Under the pieces are notes generated by a model. It was not told where the DNA came from and did no database searches. It saw only the letters and a list, made by a program, of their open reading frames with translations. A DNA stretch of 63,976 nucleotides, filler included, from a bacterium (lineage in GTDB: Bacteria; JBBIVP01): the NCBI GenBank assembly GCA_037439705.1. It is 5 parts of 5 records of this genome, joined end to end, with 100 filler letters (N's around TTAATTAATTAA, not from the genome) between each part and the next. Parts side by side here need not be neighbours in the genome. Positions count along the whole stretch, not along the records: positions 53,830 to 63,976 come from JBBIVP010000067.1; 4 more parts are not named here. One strand, given 5' to 3'. Shown here piece after piece: positions 60,655 through 63,976 of this stretch. The translations under genes and the position numbers were made by a program. Position 1 is the first letter of the stretch. Each line of letters starts with the position of its first letter.

Positions 60655-62035
60655 CAGGATTTATTTTTTTCAAAAATTGTCCTCTTTTGTAAAGGGCAAA
60701 CATAGCCCTTACCGCTCTTTCCGGAACTTCCATAGTGGGAATTCCGTGGTTGTTCAAAAATACATCTTCCTGTCCTATAACTCCTACAAAACAGGTAATA
60801 ACGGGTTTTGAGTTTTTGAAGTTTTCCAGGGAGATTATCAGATTTTCTGAAATTTCCTCAAGTCTTGTGAGTCCCTGCCGGCTTACCATGAAAATAATTC
60901 CTCCAACTTCCGGAGCGGACAAGAGTATTTCAAACACATTTTTGAACCTTTCAGGGTCAGCGTCTCCTATTATATCCACTGGATTCCCTTTACTCCATGT
61001 AGGATGGCATACTTCAGAAATTTTTGAGAGCGTATGAGAAGAAAGTGTAGCAAGAGGTAATCCAAGTCTGGAACACATATCCGCTGCGATTATGCCAGGT
61101 CCACCAGCATTTGTTAATATGGCCACATTACCAAATAAAGGAGGTTGATAAGCAAGTGCTCTGGAGAAGTCAAAAAATTCAAGCATTGTCCTTGCTCTTA
61201 ATGCCCCTGCCTGCTTCATTGCAGCATCGTAACCAAAGTCGTTTCCAGCAATTGAGCCTGTATGGGATTTGGCTGCGAGAGCGCCAATTTCAGTTGTTCC
61301 AGCTTTCAGAATGACAACAGGTTTTTTCCTGATAACTTCTTTCAGAACATCAAAAAATTTTCTTCCATCCTTTGTTGATTCCATATAAATAGAGACACAA
61401 CTTACTATCTCTTCCTCAGAGAAAAATCTCATAAGGTCCGTATCCTCAACATCCATTTTGTTGCCAAGACTGGCAAAATACGAGATGCCAAAAAGTTCCT
61501 CTCTCGCATAATCTATCACAGAAGAACCTATGGCACCGCTTTGGGAAATAAAGGCTATTTTTCCGGGAGGGGGAGAGAATTTAGTAAATGAAAGATTCAT
61601 TTTACATTTGGAACTTATTACCCCGAGGCAGTTTGGACCCATTGCTCTTGCCTTTCCTCTTATCAGTTCATAAAGTGCCATCTGCCTTTTTATTCCTTCT
61701 TCTCCACTTTCCGAAAACCCAGCACTGATGATGACGAATCTTTCAATCCCTTTTAAAATTCCTTCTTTTACCACATCAATCACTGATTCTGCTGGAACAG
61801 CAATTGCTACCACATCTGGTATTTCAGGAAGTTCTTTTATTGACTTAAACGATTTTATTCCAAATATGATTCCTCCTTTTTTATTGACAGGATAGAGCTT
61901 ACCTTCATATCTGTATTCATATCCTCTATATACCTCTCCATAAAGTAGATTTTTCATCAATGTGTATCCCACCTTCCCGGGAGTAGAACTTGCACCGACC
62001 ACACATATTGAAGAAGGACAGAAGAATTTTTTCAT
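60641..62035 (-). CDS. Acetate/acyl-CoA ligase (ADP-forming) alpha subunit
   Basis: VVGAS, ISAGFSE, GPNCLG, SQSGA, SLGNK.D, SHTGS (phospho-His), TNAGG and NPVD motifs. Confidence 0.9.
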   Translation of the reverse strand: MKKFFCPSSICVVGASSTPGKVGYTLMKNLLYGEVYRGYEYRYEGKLYPVNKKGGIIFGIKSFKSIKELPEIPDVVAIAVPAESVIDVVKEGILKGIERFVIISAGFSESGEEGIKRQMALYELIRGKARAMGPNCLGVISSKCKMNLSFTKFSPPPGKIAFISQSGAIGSSVIDYAREELFGISYFASLGNKMDVEDTDLMRFFSEEEIVSCVSIYMESTKDGRKFFDVLKEVIRKKPVVILKAGTTEIGALAAKSHTGSIAGNDFGYDAAMKQAGALRARTMLEFFDFSRALAYQPPLFGNVAILTNAGGPGIIAADMCSRLGLPLATLSSHTLSKISEVCHPTWSKGNPVDIIGDADPERFKNVFEILLSAPEVGGIIFMVSRQGLTRLEEISENLIISLENFKNSKPVITCFVGVIGQEDVFLNNHGIPTMEVPERAVRAMFALYKRGQFLKKINPDGNP

Positions 62036-63084
62036 TCATTCCCTCCGAGTTTTTCTTTGAGTTTTTTCAATTCTTCTATAGATTCAGGAGGTATATTGCT
62101 TTTCGCTATCTCGTTTTTTTCATCTATTTCTGTATAAAAGGCTCTTGAATAAAACTTGCTATAGTTCCATAATGCACCTGAGTTTTTTCCTTCATCTATT
62201 GTTTCATAAACATTTTTAAGGCTTGAATCTACATAGTCAGCTAGATGAACGAGCAGTGCTTCTATTGTTTGGGGTTCAACCGGGGAACCTGCCTCTTTTG
62301 TCCCATGATGGCTCAGAATTATGTGTTCTAATAAGAGGAGTTTTTTTTGAGGAAAATCTTTTATTGTTCCAGCCTTCTTTTCAACGAGCATAACCCCCTG
62401 AACGAGATGTCCCAGGAGTTTTCCCTTCATGGTATAAACTTCCGGTGCGGTAATTTCAAGTTCATAAATTTTTCCTATGTCATGAAGGAATCCCCCAGCC
62501 AGTGCGATGTTTTTATCGATCTCCGGATAGGAGCTGGAAAGAAATTTGATGATATTTGCTACTGAAATTGTATGTTCAAGGAGTCCATGAATGTAAGCAT
62601 GATGGATACTTTTTGCTGCAGGATAATATGAGAATTTCTGCCATATATAATTATCACGGAATATGGACTCCAGAAGTTTTTTCAATGCCCAATCATTTAT
62701 ACTTTCAATAATTTTAAAAAACTCATTTTTCATATCCTCAAAGTTTCTTTTACTCGTTTTGAAAAAGTCGCTCAATTCAATATAAGAAATTGGCAGCTTG
62801 AGTCTTTCTATACTGGAAACTGCCATCTGAAATCTACCCTGATGAATACGAATCTCACCCTTTAGTTTTACGAAGTTCCCTTCTTCAAAGTTTAACCCGA
62901 GGCTCTCCGCATTGTCCCATATTCTTGCATCCATTTCACCTGAACTGTCTGCCACTATTAAAGAAATGTAAGGTTTTCCTGTTTTCCCCTTTGCTTCTAA
63001 TTTGCTTTTGACGAAGAAATAATCCTCAACTACATCATCTTCCTTTAATTCGGCTAAATACACGCTCTTTTTTATTTTTTCCAC
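62032..63084 (-). CDS. YhaM-like 3'-5' exoribonuclease (OB fold plus HD domain)
   Basis: KTGKPY, D.SG...RIW, PAAKSIHHAY..GLLEH, LHDIGK, LLGH and HIILSHHG motifs. Confidence 0.88.
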   Translation of the reverse strand: MEKIKKSVYLAELKEDDVVEDYFFVKSKLEAKGKTGKPYISLIVADSSGEMDARIWDNAESLGLNFEEGNFVKLKGEIRIHQGRFQMAVSSIERLKLPISYIELSDFFKTSKRNFEDMKNEFFKIIESINDWALKKLLESIFRDNYIWQKFSYYPAAKSIHHAYIHGLLEHTISVANIIKFLSSSYPEIDKNIALAGGFLHDIGKIYELEITAPEVYTMKGKLLGHLVQGVMLVEKKAGTIKDFPQKKLLLLEHIILSHHGTKEAGSPVEPQTIEALLVHLADYVDSSLKNVYETIDEGKNSGALWNYSKFYSRAFYTEIDEKNEIAKSNIPPESIEELKKLKEKLGGNE

Positions 63085-63096
63085 AGGATTAAATAA

Positions 63097-63594
63097 TCAA
63101 ACTTCAAGCAGTTTTTCAAGTTGAATGCGAAGTTCTTCTTCTTTTTTATTAAGCACATAGGCTATCTCTTCACATAATATATCTTTTATTGAATCAAATA
63201 TCGCCCTTTCACCAAAAGAAAGCGGTTTTATTTTGTTGTAGGCGACCAATTCAGCAAAGATGTTTGCCAGTTCCATGGGAGTAGCGTTTTTTACCCTTTC
63301 TGTGAGTTCCTTATACCTTTTTATCCATTTCTTTCCGTCCTGTTTTATTGCCCTTTTTTTCTTGAACATTATTTTCAGAAGCTCATTAGCAACCTTTTTA
63401 CTCACCGGTTTTCTTATCTGGGAATCTTCAAAACTGTAAGTTGGAATGTATATAACTGTTTTTTCCTTTGCTTTTACGAACCTAAAAAATTTAACAGAGT
63501 TCCCGTTTAGTTCTCTTACTTCCTCACCATCAGGGATGACAAGCCCGTATTTACCGTATACCATAATTTCATTGTTATTTTTCTTTCTTTCCAT
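63097..63594 (-). CDS. CarD/CdnL family RNA-polymerase-binding regulator
   Basis: VY...G RNAP-interaction-domain-like start, KWIKRY (wedge Trp), LSFGER and EIAYV motifs. Confidence 0.8.
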   Translation of the reverse strand: MERKKNNNEIMVYGKYGLVIPDGEEVRELNGNSVKFFRFVKAKEKTVIYIPTYSFEDSQIRKPVSKKVANELLKIMFKKKRAIKQDGKKWIKRYKELTERVKNATPMELANIFAELVAYNKIKPLSFGERAIFDSIKDILCEEIAYVLNKKEEELRIQLEKLLEV

Positions 63595-63628
63595 GTTTTT
63601 ATTATAAAAAATCCAAAATTTTAGTCAA
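63595..63628 (-). promoter_or_regulatory. Sigma70 promoter, leaderless arrangement (carD)
   Basis: TTGACT-16-TATAAT-6 nt-ATG, no SD. Confidence 0.65.
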
Positions 63629-63734
63629 ATTTTTTGCAATCCTCCCTTTGTCTTTTTGGCGAACAGGATGAGTTTGAAAGCTCAAATTCTACTTTTCCAC
63701 TTGGGAACAATGTGTGTGCTTCTACGACGCTACC

Positions 63735-63763
63735 TTTACAATTTGAATAATTAGTGGTATAAT
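63735..63763 (+). promoter_or_regulatory. Sigma70 promoter of the last ORF (SD-led mRNA)
   Basis: TTTACA-17-(TGg)TATAAT, then AAGGAG SD and ATG 63790. Confidence 0.65.
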
Positions 63764-63789
63764 AAATCAAAATTTTAAAGGAGAGAAAG

Positions 63790-63976
63790 ATGAAGAAATG
63801 GGTGGGATTGACGATGGTGGTGTTGTTTTCATCAGCGCATGCTGGATGGGAAATTGAGTTGAAATTTCAATCAAAGCCCGAAGTACAACAGTATCCTGAT
63901 ACCTCAGTTTATTATGTAGAAGGTGAAACGCTATATTATTACGGAGGGCTCTGGTATCTTTTCAAAGACGGAGATT
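63790..63976 (+). CDS. Exported hypothetical protein (runs off the window)
   Basis: MKKWVGLTMVVLFSSAHA signal peptide, SD and promoter. Confidence 0.65.
   Translation, partial: MKKWVGLTMVVLFSSAHAGWEIELKFQSKPEVQQYPDTSVYYVEGETLYYYGGLWYLFKDGD

Overview
AT-rich bacterial draft genome, probably a MAG. The window is five unrelated contigs joined by artificial 100-bp N44-TTAATTAATTAA-N44 linkers at 13634-13733, 27263-27362, 40570-40669 and 53730-53829. The three complete contigs decrease in length (13529, 13207, 13060 bp), so adjacency across linkers is meaningless. Gene content (long GyrB, CarD, DUF1844, LpxH-like, outer-membrane barrels) suggests a diderm, possibly deltaproteobacteria-like lineage; this is inference only. 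Contig 1: surface-glycan cluster (stop-interrupted gmd, GT-C, Wzx, AsnB, GT4, DegT, GT2), an MNT-HEPN pair and rnpB. Contig 2: ordinary dcw cluster rsmH-ftsL-ftsI-murEF-mraY-murD-ftsW-murGCB-ddl-ftsQ. Contig 3: GH5 fragment, gyrB, a decayed type I-B-like cas operon, DUF1844, degP, tauE, a macro domain gene, oppABC and a radical SAM fragment. Contig 4: recN, nadK, an LVIVD lipoprotein, crp-queD-queC-DUF366-queE-ALDH, xerD-cca and phage-like mini-ORFs. Contig 5: spoIID, DAGK-like, an OM barrel-2xLytR_C protein, a tandem HAD, lpxH-like, eIF2B-like, acdA, yhaM and carD. Most interesting signals: (1) about 10 operon-leading genes have a -10 box 6-8 nt before ATG, mostly without a Shine-Dalgarno, implying pervasive leaderless mRNAs; (2) a cas relic in which only a small protein + nucleotidyltransferase pair is intact; (3) DUF366 and an aldehyde dehydrogenase coupled into the preQ0 operon; (4) an RNase P RNA lacking P18 with a GNRA-capped P8; (5) a degenerate non-coding element shared by three contigs; (6) a beta-barrel/LytR_C fusion. 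All calls come from reading motifs by eye; no searches were run.
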